From Calditrichia bacterium (lineage in GTDB: Bacteria; Calditrichota; Calditrichia; JAJRVZ01): DNA of 64,000 nt. This document shows positions 1-11,547 of this stretch, one piece after another; position 1 is the first letter of the stretch; every line of letters starts with the position of its first letter. Location of the stretch: assembly GCA_963796965.1 (NCBI GenBank), contig CAWCNS010000005.1, positions 768,001 to 832,000 of the forward strand, read 5' to 3'. The notes under the pieces were generated by a model. That model saw nothing but the letters and a program-made list of their open reading frames with translations. It was not told the origin of the DNA and made no database searches. A program made the translations under genes and the position numbers.

Positions 1-1933
1 CTGGGAGGGCATATTGTTGATCATCAACCAGGGCCATGTACCCTCAAAACTAACGCCCACACCCTGCCTGTCAGCTGCCTTCATCCATGGTGTGGTAAAA
101 CTCCCATGCGTGCGGGTAACCATTTGATTCCCATCATGCATGAGTTTCATCAGATGATTGGCCAGATTGGCATCATTTATGGCAATCGCACTTGGCAAAT
201 GATTGGCGCCACGCATAAAATAAGGTTTGCCGTTCAGATGAACTTTATTACCGACAACTTCAATCTTGCGGAATCCAAAAGTAAGTTTTTGTTGATCACA
301 TATCTTTCCATTTATAGATGCCTTTACCTGCAGATTATAAAGATTTGGTGTTTCTGGTGACCATAGTTTGGGATCCAGGTTATCCACTTTAAAGATGATT
401 TTGTTTTCATCGCCGGGTGCTAATTCAACTTTATTTGGCTTTTCAGATTTATAAAAAAGTTTCTCTTTGTCTCCCCTTATCTCCATTTCTGCTGTAATTT
501 CTTTGGGTTGATAACCCTGATTTTTCAAAGAGATCTCAAATTCTCCCCCATCCATTCTGGTATTCACATATATATTCTGGATAAATACGGGATTGGTAAC
601 AACAGAGCTTTGCCGGTTGCCAGATCCCTCCTTCGGTACCTTGGAACATCCCATGGGGTAAGGAATTAAGCATGTCATTGGTAATATCTACCGTAACTGC
701 CCGGGCAACGGTTTGGTTCGCGTCACTATCCGCTTCAAATTTTCTTACCTTAACATTAACCGCAATAAGGTTTTTTCCGGGTTTCACAAAAGAAGTAATA
801 TCAAGATCAAAATCAGCAAACATGCCCACATGTCCCCCTGCATAATGTCCATTCACATAGACTTCTGCAACTTTTGAGACGGCATCAAAATGCAGTTTAA
901 AGATTTTTCCTTTTAAATCATCCGGTAGGATAATCCACTGACGATACCAGGCCGCATGGGTGTTTTTCCAATCGAACGTATAAGCATTGCATCGCTCTAA
1001 TTCCTTCTCACCATAATTATCGGAGACACCACTCGTGGGTGAATCTAACCCTTTTTCCCAGCCGTACATCCAGTTACTAACCGGATTCCAGAACTGAGGC
1101 ACCGGCATCAGATGCCACATTTCATCCTCTTTATCCGGATTATAGGCCTCATTATAATTCACCCCAGATTCAGGCATAAACAACCATGGCCCATTTAATT
1201 CTACTTCTGTTCTACCAACTGAAAGTTGTTTAACCCAAACGGATTTATAGGTAAGACGATTTTCTTTCCTGGCCGCCTCCCTTTTCACGCTTCGCTTTTC
1301 TCTTTTCTCTCCTCTCTCTTTGGCTATCTCCATTTTTTCAAAGGTGTCAACATCATCATCAGAGAGATGTTTTACCTGAAGATTTCTATATTCTGTCCTG
1401 ATCCACCCCCCGCCAATATACGCAGAACCTTCAACCAGAGGATCATCGTCGATGGCTACGATTCTTGGGAGAGATTCGTCGCCAATAAAAATCAGAATTT
1501 TTTCCTTTAGTTTGACCATCCGCATCTTGTACCAGTCATTGATTTGAGGTTGGAAATTCAAGGGATGAAGTGCGAGCAATTTCTCCTTCCCCAATGTTTT
1601 TCTCCGCCGTAGAAACAGATCGTCATTATTTCCACCACGCAAACCGAGCATATAACGGTTGTCCCTGTTTACCATTCCAATTCCAGACCAGATCTGCACC
1701 TGATTCTCATCAGGTAAGGCCCGGGCTTCAAAAGAAAATTCAAATGCGCCCCGGATTGTATCTTTGCTTCGGAGGATACAATCCTTGATGATCACAGATT
1801 CCGAATACCATAACACCTCACCTCTTCCAATAATTGTAAAATCCGCAGGATCGATACCTGGTCCCCCTGCAATTGACATAGATGAGATAATGATTTGAAC
1901 CCAAATAATTGTGATTTTGGCAAGTTTTTTCAA
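1..1933 (-). CDS. Glycoside hydrolase family 2 protein, runs off the left edge; apparent single-base frameshift near 604
   Basis: ORF 536..1933 has GH2 sugar-binding motifs (ELNGPWLF, LHFDAVSKVAEVYVNG, GGIWQP). The shifted frame continues to base 1 with PKLWSPETPNLY, FGFRKIEV and LNGKPYFMRGANH. Confidence 0.85.
1276..1317. repeat. Six tandem degenerate heptamers in frame inside the GH2 gene
   Basis: cctccct tttcacg cttcgct tttctct tttctct cctctct; 42 nt, encodes the ERGEKREKRSVKRE linker. Confidence 0.55.
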
Positions 1934-1960
1934 TATTCAACATCCTAATCTAAAAAATGA

Positions 1961-2055
1961 GTCCACGAATCACATAAATTAGCACGAATTCCTATAGCCA
2001 TTAAAGGTAAGTTTTTCTTTTATATAATTAGTGGAAATTCGTGAAATTCGAGGAT
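1961..2055. repeat. Intergenic inverted repeat, CACGAATT family (inner arms only)
   Basis: gtccacgaatcacataaattagcacgaatt ... aattagtggaaattcgtgaaattcgaggat. Confidence 0.8.
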
Positions 2056-2061
2056 ATTATT

Positions 2062-3412
2062 TTACTTATCTTTCATGAGTTCAGCATCTAATAATTTTTG
2101 TAATCTTGTTAAAACATCTGGTTGATCAGAAGCCAGGTCGGTTTTTTCGTAGGGATCCTCAGCAAGATTATATAATTCGACCGCTATCCCCTTGTCCGGT
2201 ATGACCATTTTCCAATCTCCCTCACGCAAAGCAATTCTACCAGGATCTTCTTTATCCCCTCCCCAATGCCAATAAAACAATCGGGGGTTCTCATATCTAT
2301 TTTGAGCACCTGTGATTAGAGGCCAGATATCCCGGCCGTCCCAGTTTAATTCCTCCGACGATTTATAGCCGACGAGATTACTGAGTGTTGATATCCAATC
2401 AATAGCATGAACCGGAGAGGAGACCCTGTATTGATTTAATGTTTCTTTCCAATAAACAAATGCCGGTACACGCATGCCGCCTTCATAGACGGTTACTTTG
2501 CCCCCACGCAAAGGCAGGTTTGAACTAAATCCTTTTTTTAATGCCGGGTCGGGTTCGGGGTAATTTCCTCCACCATAAGTCATATGGATACCGCCATTAT
2601 CTGAGAAAAAGATGAATAAAGTATTTTCTATCTGACCGCTTTTTTTAACAGCTTCTATAATCCTACCCACCGAATAGTCCAGATGTGATAATGCGGCCGC
2701 CATTAAACGCCGGTCTTGGTCTTGTATATGATCATTGAGATTGAGCCATTTTTCTGATTCAACCAGGGGCGTATGCACTGTATGAAAAGGAACATATATA
2801 AAATAAGGATTTTGCAATTTATCGATCCACTTCACGACCTGATCGGTACATAGATCGGTGGCATGCCCTTCCTCTTCCATATAGACATCGTTATAATGCC
2901 AGGTTCGGGAATATTTAGGACTGCTCAGTCGATAGCGGTGATCATACATCCCTACCGCCCCGGCGAAAGAGCCATGCGAATGATTGAATCCATATTTTAA
3001 TGGCCCCCACTCCGGCAAAGAACCCAGGTGCCATTTTCCACTGATGGCTGTTTCATAACCTACTTCACTTAAAACATTAGCTAATGTCACCGTGCCAAAT
3101 GGAAATGCCTGGTCATTTGAATGCGGTTGTGCAATGACGGCCAAAGCGGTTTGGATAGCGGCCTGTCATCAGGGCTACCCGCGTGGGCGTGCATTGCGGC
3201 TGTACATAATAACGGTCTAGTTCTACACCCTCTTCTGCCAGACGGTCCAGGTTAGGCGTTTTTATTTCCGGATTATGATAGCCAATATCGTTCCAACCCA
3301 TGTCATCGGCAACCAGGAGAATAATATTTGGTTTGGCCGGTTTATCACAAGCGACTATCTGCAAAAGGAAGAGGATAATGAATAATGCCACCAAAGAATT
3401 AAGATTTCGCAT
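2062..3412 (-). CDS. Arylsulfatase (S1, Cys-type), probable lipoprotein; frameshift near 3120
   Basis: PNIILLVADDMGW, CTPTR, GKWHLG and SDNGG split over ORFs 3113..3508 and 2062..3144. True start is likely ATG 3412 after GGAGAA; the ORF extension upstream lies in a repeat. Confidence 0.9.
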
Positions 3413-3437
3413 AAATTCTCCTAATGATAATATTTTT

Positions 3438-3608
3438 TTCTCACGCAAAGTCGCGAAGACGCAAAGAAAAATCCATCCACGAATTACACTAATTAGAACG
3501 GATTTCACGAATTAAAATATTTTTTTAATATTAGAGAAAAGAATTAGTGAAATTCGTATAAATTCGTGTAATTAGTGGAAAAAATCCCTTCACGCCTTTG
3601 CGTGAAAA
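3438..3608. mobile_element. ~165-bp MITE-like nested inverted-repeat element, copy 1
   Basis: Outer arms tcacgcaaag/ctttgcgtga, inner arms ccacgaattacactaatt/aattcgtgtaattagtgg. Near-identical to the reverse complement of 5931-6102 and 14271-14440. Confidence 0.85.
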
Positions 3609-3631
3609 TTGAAACTTGGTTTACTAAAGCC

Positions 3632-5908
3632 CTACTTCTCAAATAGATTGACAATATCCTGTTCCCTGGATTTGGGTGAAACAATAAGATCCTGAAGTTT
3701 TCCATTTTGCACGCTGCCCTGGATAACCGTTTTATAGGGCGCATAGACTTTGAATTCACAATTCCAATCTTTTGGCCAGGCTGGTAGCAGATAGATCTTT
3801 TTTGAATAAGGATCAGCCTGAATCAACATGGACTGAAAAGCCTTCATCTGAACACCTCCATGATCCTGGTCGGGCACCCAATCGTAATTTGGTCCCCAGA
3901 AAGCCGGAAACCGCGAATCCTCATGATAGGTCTTTGAGCGATCTACCAGGAATTGTTTCGCCTCTTCTGTCATACCCATATAGGCCATAAAAATGTCATC
4001 CTGGCGCCAGCCAAATGATCCTTTATCCCAACGATGTTCCAACGCGTTTTTCCCCCATTCAAGATTTGGTTGCCCCAAACCTACTAACCTGAAGGGAAAA
4101 ACAGCATATAAAGACGGATTTTCCACGTTTCGTTTATTTTCATATCTATCTGCTGGAGCCAGGGCTTTTCCTGAAGGTGTATCCCGTAAGGGTAAGTCTG
4201 GCAGTGTTTCCAGAAATGCGGTCCAGTAATCTCTCTCATTTTCAGATGTAAGATTATCCGCAAGGAGTAATAACCGTCTGGTGATGGCTTGTAGACCAGC
4301 TATTTCTGGCAATGAATTGGTACAGTCCCACCAGGTTTCCAAGGATTGTGATGGATACATAACCAATTTACCTTTTTCATTGGTCTTATAGTACTGATCA
4401 AAAAAACCAATCACCGCATTAGCCACAGGAAGCACTTTTTCATTTAGAAAAGAGTTATCCAGCGTATAATCATAATAATCCAGCATCATAAAGACAAGTT
4501 CCGGGCCAGCCACCCACTCCCACTTATGCCAGCCACCTACCTGTAACTTGTCCGCACGCTCCTCGTAGGGTTCCCAGCCATAGGTGGAAGTGAATACAGA
4601 GCCCCAGAAATACATACATTCCGGAAAATAGGCTCCGTCAATGTCAAAATACTTTTTTGTACGGTACTTACTGGTTTTGAAGATCTCTCCTGTATAGAGA
4701 TCAAAGAAAGGCTGAATCAGATCATGATCGCCAGCGGTGCACATACTCAGATAAGGCAGGCGGGTGTTCTGCCACCAGTACCCAGGCCCCCATCTTCTAT
4801 AATCAGCATTGCCCGGTTTGTCCGGATAAGGAACTGTAAATAACGATCCATTAAATTTAATCGGATAACGGCCCCGACCCACACAGGCTTCCACAAAACG
4901 TTGGAGTACATATGCACGTGAAACAATAAAAGCATCACTTTGAATATCTATTCCTTCGCTTCCTACCTGGCTGGCCTGGATCCAGCTCCTCTGCCAGAAT
5001 TCCTGCCACCAGGCTTCATGTTCTGCCAATCGATCCTCTATAGAAGTGGGCTCTGTTTTCTCAATGATCGTTGAAATTTCCGCCTGCCATTCTTTTGCTG
5101 TGGAAGGATGTTTTGTATGAATATAAACATTAAGGTGACCAGTCTTTGCCTTGCCCGTTACCAAAGTCGTATCATTAATCCTCTTTGAATCAGAACCGGA
5201 AATAATCGCACCAAATGTGCGATGCAGAATGGGATCTTCCTTTAAATACTCGGACAACCCTTGCAATTTATTGGTTAAATCAAATCCGATGGATTTAGCA
5301 TTGTGATGATACCACCCTATCTGATTTTCTAAATTATCAAGAACCATATCCGGCTCAACAATAACCGGTTGATGCAGGGAACCTGGTTTTGATCGGTCTT
5401 CCAAAAGGTCACTAACACCCAATTCAGGCAATGCGTCAGGTTTTTTTCGCCATAATTCGATAGTCGCTTTCATCTGGCGCGGCTCTGAGCTTTCCTGGTT
5501 AATAGTGACCACAGAATTATACGCATCCACCCAGACTAAAAATTTTGACTCTTTGTCTTTACTTTTGGTGCTAATTCGTATTGAACCTGTCTCCAGATCC
5601 AACTCTTGTCTGAAAGATGAGCCAGGCTGAACTAAAGGCGGGTCACAGGTTACCCGTACTTTTCCAACCTTCAACAGACGCCCATTATCCCCCCAGGAAT
5701 CTGTTCGACCAATATAAAAACAAAGATCCCCATTTTCCTCAACCCAAACATTAAGACCAGTACTCCCATTCCCAATGGGCATGGAGCCATGATGATCTTT
5801 GCTGGGAGAGTCCCAGACAATGTTATATAGGTTCGTTTGGCTTCTTGACTCGGCACCACATCCGATCATCAGGGCGATTGCAAAGATCAATCCTATTGTT
5901 TTTATCAT
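3632..5908 (-). CDS. DUF5703 / GH95-like (alpha/alpha)6 glycoside hydrolase, lipoprotein
   Basis: SMPIGNGSTGLNVW, PIKFNGSLF, WWQNTRLPY, LLPAWPKDW; start ATG 5908 with GGAGAA RBS and LMIGC lipobox. Confidence 0.75.
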   Translation of the reverse strand: MIKTIGLIFAIALMIGCGAESRSQTNLYNIVWDSPSKDHHGSMPIGNGSTGLNVWVEENGDLCFYIGRTDSWGDNGRLLKVGKVRVTCDPPLVQPGSSFRQELDLETGSIRISTKSKDKESKFLVWVDAYNSVVTINQESSEPRQMKATIELWRKKPDALPELGVSDLLEDRSKPGSLHQPVIVEPDMVLDNLENQIGWYHHNAKSIGFDLTNKLQGLSEYLKEDPILHRTFGAIISGSDSKRINDTTLVTGKAKTGHLNVYIHTKHPSTAKEWQAEISTIIEKTEPTSIEDRLAEHEAWWQEFWQRSWIQASQVGSEGIDIQSDAFIVSRAYVLQRFVEACVGRGRYPIKFNGSLFTVPYPDKPGNADYRRWGPGYWWQNTRLPYLSMCTAGDHDLIQPFFDLYTGEIFKTSKYRTKKYFDIDGAYFPECMYFWGSVFTSTYGWEPYEERADKLQVGGWHKWEWVAGPELVFMMLDYYDYTLDNSFLNEKVLPVANAVIGFFDQYYKTNEKGKLVMYPSQSLETWWDCTNSLPEIAGLQAITRRLLLLADNLTSENERDYWTAFLETLPDLPLRDTPSGKALAPADRYENKRNVENPSLYAVFPFRLVGLGQPNLEWGKNALEHRWDKGSFGWRQDDIFMAYMGMTEEAKQFLVDRSKTYHEDSRFPAFWGPNYDWVPDQDHGGVQMKAFQSMLIQADPYSKKIYLLPAWPKDWNCEFKVYAPYKTVIQGSVQNGKLQDLIVSPKSREQDIVNLFEK

Positions 5909-5930
5909 GTTTTCTCCCAGGTAATTTTTT

Positions 5931-6102
5931 TCTCGCAAAGACGCAAAGGGATTTTTTTCCACTAATTACTCGAATTTAAACGAATTTCACTAATTATATT
6001 TTCTTGTATTTAAAAAAATATTTTAATTCGTGAAATCTGTTCTAATTAGTGTAATTCATGGATAGTTTTTAGACCGTCTTTGCGTTCTCTGCGAACTCGG
6101 TG
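5931..6102. mobile_element. ~165-bp MITE-like element, copy 2 (opposite orientation to copy 1)
   Basis: tctcgcaaagacgcaaagggattttttt-ccactaattactcgaatt ... aattagtgtaattcatggat ... ctttgcg. Confidence 0.85.
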
Positions 6103-6120
6103 TTTATAAAATCTTCGATA

Positions 6121-7725
6121 TCATCTATCAATAAACGTTGAATTGGCCTTTACCGGTATCTGCAGACTATTTTCCGACTCTGCTCTTTTTCTTTTTTTAT
6201 CGATCATTACTTTAGTCTCACCAGGATTTATATACCACTCACTTTCTTTATGTGCCTCAATAAAAATGTTATGAACTTGCTGGACAATTTTAGGATAATT
6301 ATTAGCAACGTCTGTCTCACAACTTACGTCAGAAGAAGTATCATACAATTCGACTGGCTTTTCAGGATGGGATCTGAATGCGAACCACTTGTTTAACCGA
6401 GATGCTTGCGCATGGGAATTGAATGTACCGTTCTCCCAATATAAATATATATGTTTTTGCTGTTCTGAAGGATTATTGAGAAGTTCAGGTAAAAGACTGA
6501 TTCCATCGGTTTGATATTTGCCTGCTATTCCAGCAAGGTCTGCTGCAGTTTCGAAAAAATCATATAATGCACATAGATGATTAGATTTTCGTGGATGGAT
6601 GTATTTCGTGGAGTAGACAAAAAAGGGGACCCTTACCCCTCCATCTGCACAAATAAACTTCCCTTTATCCCAGGGCCCTTTATTGTGAAAAAGCGGATCA
6701 TCTTCCCAGGCTTTCCTTCCAAAATATCCCCATTGGCTATAACCATTATCCCCGGCGAAAAAGATAACCGTATTCTCAAGGATGCGTAAATCTTCCAGCA
6801 GTTTCAAAATCTCGCCCACATGATCATCCAGATGTTTCATCATGGCCGCCCACTCTTTATGCTTCAAATCCCAGTTTTTCTTTTCATACACCCCCAACTC
6901 TGGTGTAATGAGTGGCCCATGGGGCAATTGTGTCGCATAATATAAAAAGAAAGGACCGTTTGAATTCTCCTGTATAAATTGTAAGGAAGCATGATGAATC
7001 AAATTTTGTGAATTTTTCACCCTGCCCGGATCATCAACCCCCTCAGCCACCAATTTACCATGCTCATTATAACTGTTTTTTACATCTTCAATATTATCCA
7101 CAGGGCGGCTACCATATTGATAGACCTTATTCATGTTAAATCCATGGTTTTCAGGAATAATAATATGCTTATTATTCTCCATCAGAAAATCAGGATAATA
7201 TCCATGTGCCCTTAATTGATCATAAAATCCATAGGAATAATCAAAACCCTGATTATCAGGTATTCCCTCTGTTGCCGGTAAACCAATTCCCCATTTTCCA
7301 GCAAATCCTGTTCTATAACCGGCTTCTTTTAGCACTTCTGCAACTGTAACATCTTCACTTAAAAGATGATCCTGACCCCGCACTGATCGATTTGCCCGGA
7401 TCCGGCAATGCCCCATATGCATCCCCGTCATCAGGCTTGCCCGGGCAGGCGCACATTCCGGCGAACCGGAATAGGCGTTCATAAACATGATCCCACCGGT
7501 TGCCAGGCGATCGATATTTGGTGTTTTAAACATTTTCTGCCCGGTCACGCTAAAATCCCGGTACGAGACATCATCAGAAAAGATAAAAATGATATTTGGT
7601 TTTTCCGGAAGTGATGGACTTTTCCAGCATGCCATTAAACAAGAAACCGCTACACTGAAAACTATTATTCTAAAGATATTATTTATATTAAATATTGGCA
7701 TTCTGATACCGTTATTGAAAATCAA
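6121..7725 (-). CDS. Sulfatase (S1, Cys-type); start may be ATG 7701
   Basis: PNIIFIFSDD, CAPARASLMTG, GKWGIG, GDNG. Confidence 0.92.
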   Translation of the reverse strand: MIFNNGIRMPIFNINNIFRIIVFSVAVSCLMACWKSPSLPEKPNIIFIFSDDVSYRDFSVTGQKMFKTPNIDRLATGGIMFMNAYSGSPECAPARASLMTGMHMGHCRIRANRSVRGQDHLLSEDVTVAEVLKEAGYRTGFAGKWGIGLPATEGIPDNQGFDYSYGFYDQLRAHGYYPDFLMENNKHIIIPENHGFNMNKVYQYGSRPVDNIEDVKNSYNEHGKLVAEGVDDPGRVKNSQNLIHHASLQFIQENSNGPFFLYYATQLPHGPLITPELGVYEKKNWDLKHKEWAAMMKHLDDHVGEILKLLEDLRILENTVIFFAGDNGYSQWGYFGRKAWEDDPLFHNKGPWDKGKFICADGGVRVPFFVYSTKYIHPRKSNHLCALYDFFETAADLAGIAGKYQTDGISLLPELLNNPSEQQKHIYLYWENGTFNSHAQASRLNKWFAFRSHPEKPVELYDTSSDVSCETDVANNYPKIVQQVHNIFIEAHKESEWYINPGETKVMIDKKRKRAESENSLQIPVKANSTFIDR

Positions 7726-7743
7726 GGAAGTTTTTTATGTACC

Positions 7744-9280
7744 TTATTTGAGATTTGGCTCAATCCAATCAGGAATTCCGCTTGCTTCTTTCTGTTTGTT
7801 ATATTGAATATGATAGGGTTTTTCTTTCTCCAATGTTTCATTTTCATTGATCATGTAGGGACGTATTTCATTCCACCATTTCTCATAGGCTTTTTGCATT
7901 TCTGCCGCAACTTGTGGATAGGTATCTATTACATTTATTGCATTGGTATGATTCTGCTCCAGGTCATACAATTCGGTACCATGGACCAGGCGGAACCGCT
8001 GGTTGCGAACAGCATAGTTCCTATATTTATATTTATCGGGATTAGATTCTTCTTTGTTCTGAGTAAAAAAGCCACTATTACTTGGAGGTGTCTTAAGATA
8101 TTTTTTCCATCTGCCCGCGTGAAAAAACAGAAAGCGGTCTATCCAAACAGTATCTGATTTCTCAATTAGTGGAAAAAGACTTCTGCCGTCCAGACCATTT
8201 AATTGAGAAATATCTGCGCCTGCCATTTCTGCAAGAGTAGGTAAAATATCAATATGTGCTGCCAGCCTATCAACATCTCTACCTGCCACACTCTTTCCTG
8301 GTAATCGGATAAAAAAGGGAACCCGGGTACCTCCCTCATCTACAGAACCTTTCATTCCCTTCATTCCGGCATTATAAGTTGGACCATGAATAGTGTTTCT
8401 TCCACCGGTGGTTTTCCCATTATCCGACATAAAGATCAACACTGTATTCTCAAGTAATCCCCAGTCATTCAGATTATCTAATAATATTTCTATATTATCA
8501 TCAATATTTTCGATCATGGCATAAAATCCCTGGGCATTTTCAGGATAGCCCTGATCTATAAATTTCTTCTTATATTTTTCAGGTGCTAGCCAGGGGCCAT
8601 GGGGCGCATTGAGCGTCAGATAGGCAAAAAATGGTTTATCTGAATCTCCAGATTCTTTCATCCACGATTGAGCCTGTTTAAAAAAGATATCCGTACAAAA
8701 TCCTTTTGTTTTTACAAATTCCCCATTGTGTCTGATCACTGGGTCAAAATAGGTGTTATTTGGGACATCGGCACAGGATCCCGGATAGGCCTGCCCAATG
8801 CCACCGGCACCGTGAATAAATACTTCATCAAATCCCCGTTGCCCCGGCTGGTAATCATGTTCATCACCCAGATGCCACTTCCCAAATATACCCGTCGTAT
8901 ACCCGGCGGTCTTCAAAACCTCCGCCAGGGTCGTTGTAGAAAGTGCCATACGTTCCCGTTCCAAAATAGTATGCGTAATACCATTTTTAAAGGGGTATTT
9001 TCCAGACATTACAGCAGAACGGGTCGGTGCACAGGTGGGGCTTACATGAAAATTTGTAAACCGTATGCTCTGGTTGCCAAGTTCGTCCAGATTCGGTGTA
9101 CTTACATCTGGACTTCCATGGCATGAGAGATCGCCATAACCCTGATCATCGGTAATCACCAAAAGAATATTGGGTTTATTTTGTGATGACCCGGTACAGG
9201 CAACTAAACCAAGTATCCCAAGCATTGCAATTGCCACGACTTAATCTTAATATGAAGTCATGCTGAATCAATTTATTCAT
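7744..9280 (-). CDS. Arylsulfatase (S1, Cys-type), lipoprotein; probable frameshift in the signal region near 9240
   Basis: PNILLVITDDQGYGD, CAPTRS, GKWHLG, SDNG. An ATG at 9280 with AGGAAA RBS is out of frame with ORF 7744..9237. Confidence 0.88.
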
Positions 9281-9326
9281 TTATGTTTCCTTTTAACTCC
9301 CAAATAGCTCACTTATCCTGATTAAA

Positions 9327-11219
9327 TCAATGTAAATTAATTTTTGCTAATTGAACGCCAAATACAAAAACAGGCTTCCAACTTTCTTCGTTTGTCGGAC
9401 TAAGCGTCATCTGATAGACACCCGGTTTTTCAAAAGTAAACTGACCCAAATCATAATATCGGGCCTCAAGCCAACTATCGGTTGGGGTTATGGTAGCAGA
9501 ACTCTTTTCTTTGCCAAAAGTTGTGGTAAGATTCGTCTCTCCGGAAGCGGTACTGAGTTTACCACGTATTCTATAGGTACCGGATTCTTTAATTCTGACC
9601 AACCAGTGAATGCGATCCTTTGGAATATTCCAGGCCCCAATATTTAGCAAATCACCATCGCCCAGAAGTCTTTGATTTCCTTCTATGGTAGCAAACTCCG
9701 GGGAAAGATGGATTGCCTGGGGTGAATGAAAAAGGGCCTCCGGATTAGCCTCAATCTCAAATCCGGTTAGCTTAAAAACATAGGCATGTTTTGATGAAAC
9801 CTTATCTCCCTGAATAGTTCCGCAGTCAATCTTTAATTGCTTCCCCTCATTTATTGTAAAAGGTATATTTTCATTATAGCCGAGAAGGGATATTTTACCC
9901 TTCTCTGGATTACGGACGAGCATCGATTCCACGATAAAATCCTTTTCAGGCCAACCAAGTATGATGGCATAAATGATTTTACCATCTTTTGAACGGGTGA
10001 ATCGAATATCCTGGGCAGTATAGGTGATCCGTCCCACAAAATGTCCGCTTTTCCCCATTCCTGTAGGACCTTCACCATATAGAAACCAGGGACGTGTATC
10101 GTATATGGCTTCGCCATTCACGGTCAGCCATTCTCCAATCTCCAGTAGGGCCTTCTGTTGTTCTTCCGGTATTGTGCCGTCATACTTTGGCGATATATTA
10201 AGAAGTAAGACCCCATTTTTACTGACGATATCAACTAATGTATGCACAATTGTTGCAGTGGATTTAATTTTCAAGCCATCCGTATAACACCAACTTCCCC
10301 AACTGATGGTATCATCTGTTAACCAGGGATAATCAGTTAAGTGGTCTAAACGCCCCTTTTCAAAATCCTCAACCGCCACTTCCCGTGGGAGATCATCACC
10401 CTTATAGGTTACAACAACTTCTTTATCTATTTCTTGTGCCTTATTAAAATAATAGGAAAGAAAATCCATTCGCTCTTTCTCAGGAATATCTCCTAATACA
10501 AAATCAAACCAGATTAAGTCAGGTTGGTACCCATCAATTACCTCGAACAACTTTGATTTCCAAATCTGCAAAAATTCTTCCCTGGGCATATTGCCATACA
10601 TAATTCTTAACTCCGGACCGTCAGAAGCAGTTGGCCAACCCTCGACATGGGGATAGTATCCGGTAGGATATCCTTTGATCGGATATTGATTGTTAAAAGC
10701 ATGATGAAAGGAGGTTACAAATTTCATCCCCTGAGCGCGTGTGGCCCGGGCCATTTCACCAACGATATCTCTTTTTGGACCACGGTCTTTGGCATTCCAG
10801 GGGTTCACTTCACTGGCCCACATAGAAAAGCCATCATGATGTTCTGCCACGGGACCGGCAAATTTTGCTCCTGCTTTTTTGAATAATTCAACCCATTTAT
10901 CAGCATTAAAATGCTCAGCTGTGAACTTAGGAATAAAATCATGATAGCCGAATTCTGAAGGCTCTCCGTAGGTTGCCACATGATGTTTATATTCACCTGC
11001 ATCCTTGCGGTGCATATTTCGCGGATACCATTCACTGCCAAAGGCAGGAACAGAATAGACCCCCCAGTGAAAATAGATACCAAACTTAGCATCAAGAAAC
11101 CATTCCGGTGCAGCAGTGTGCTTTGATAAGGAATTCCAGTTAGGCTGAAATGATTCAATTTTCTGTGCCATTACTAATTGTGTACCTATCAGAAAAAGTA
11201 AGGGTATTTTAAACTTCAC
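9327..11219 (-). CDS. Alpha-L-fucosidase (GH29) with C-terminal CBM-like beta-sandwich
   Basis: AKFGIYFHWGVYSVP, EHHDGF, LIWFD nucleophile motif, SKNGVLLLNISP; GTG start with signal peptide. Confidence 0.93.
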   Translation of the reverse strand: MKFKIPLLFLIGTQLVMAQKIESFQPNWNSLSKHTAAPEWFLDAKFGIYFHWGVYSVPAFGSEWYPRNMHRKDAGEYKHHVATYGEPSEFGYHDFIPKFTAEHFNADKWVELFKKAGAKFAGPVAEHHDGFSMWASEVNPWNAKDRGPKRDIVGEMARATRAQGMKFVTSFHHAFNNQYPIKGYPTGYYPHVEGWPTASDGPELRIMYGNMPREEFLQIWKSKLFEVIDGYQPDLIWFDFVLGDIPEKERMDFLSYYFNKAQEIDKEVVVTYKGDDLPREVAVEDFEKGRLDHLTDYPWLTDDTISWGSWCYTDGLKIKSTATIVHTLVDIVSKNGVLLLNISPKYDGTIPEEQQKALLEIGEWLTVNGEAIYDTRPWFLYGEGPTGMGKSGHFVGRITYTAQDIRFTRSKDGKIIYAIILGWPEKDFIVESMLVRNPEKGKISLLGYNENIPFTINEGKQLKIDCGTIQGDKVSSKHAYVFKLTGFEIEANPEALFHSPQAIHLSPEFATIEGNQRLLGDGDLLNIGAWNIPKDRIHWLVRIKESGTYRIRGKLSTASGETNLTTTFGKEKSSATITPTDSWLEARYYDLGQFTFEKPGVYQMTLSPTNEESWKPVFVFGVQLAKINLH

Positions 11220-11319
11220 TATATTCCTTTCAAATTAACATTTAATAATCTTAAAAAATATTCTATTATAATTTTTGAAATACAATTTCGCTGAGAGAAT
11301 TAGTCTTTTTAAAAAGCAG

Positions 11320-11464
11320 TTTTGCCTGCAGCAGGCCCTGCTTTTTGTAAGACAAAAAGTAGGCAAAAAACTTGGCGATTTTAAACTCGCGGAACGATTT
11401 TAGCCAACCGTTTTACCTCGTGGCTCAAACAAGAAAAATCGCCGAAAAAATACTTCGTATTTTT
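11320..11464. repeat. Multi-hairpin intergenic repeat element
   Basis: ctgctttttgt-aag-acaaaaagtag stem; ggcgatttt...aaaatcgcc stem; aaaatac-ttc-gtatttt hairpin; cctgcagcagg mini-palindrome at 11325. Confidence 0.65.
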
Positions 11465-11547
11465 AATAGGGTCTAAATTATTAACTTTCAGATTTTATTG
11501 TTCTTTCAAAAAAATTCGTGAAATTCGTGGATATCTTTTTATGGCAT

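Noticed and set aside
3413..3759. ORF extensions and short ORFs such as MKSVLISVIRG..., 3544..3759, 14399..14797, 33469..33663, 34016..34306
   Set aside because: They are translations of intergenic repeats or antisense shadows; better starts with RBS lie downstream
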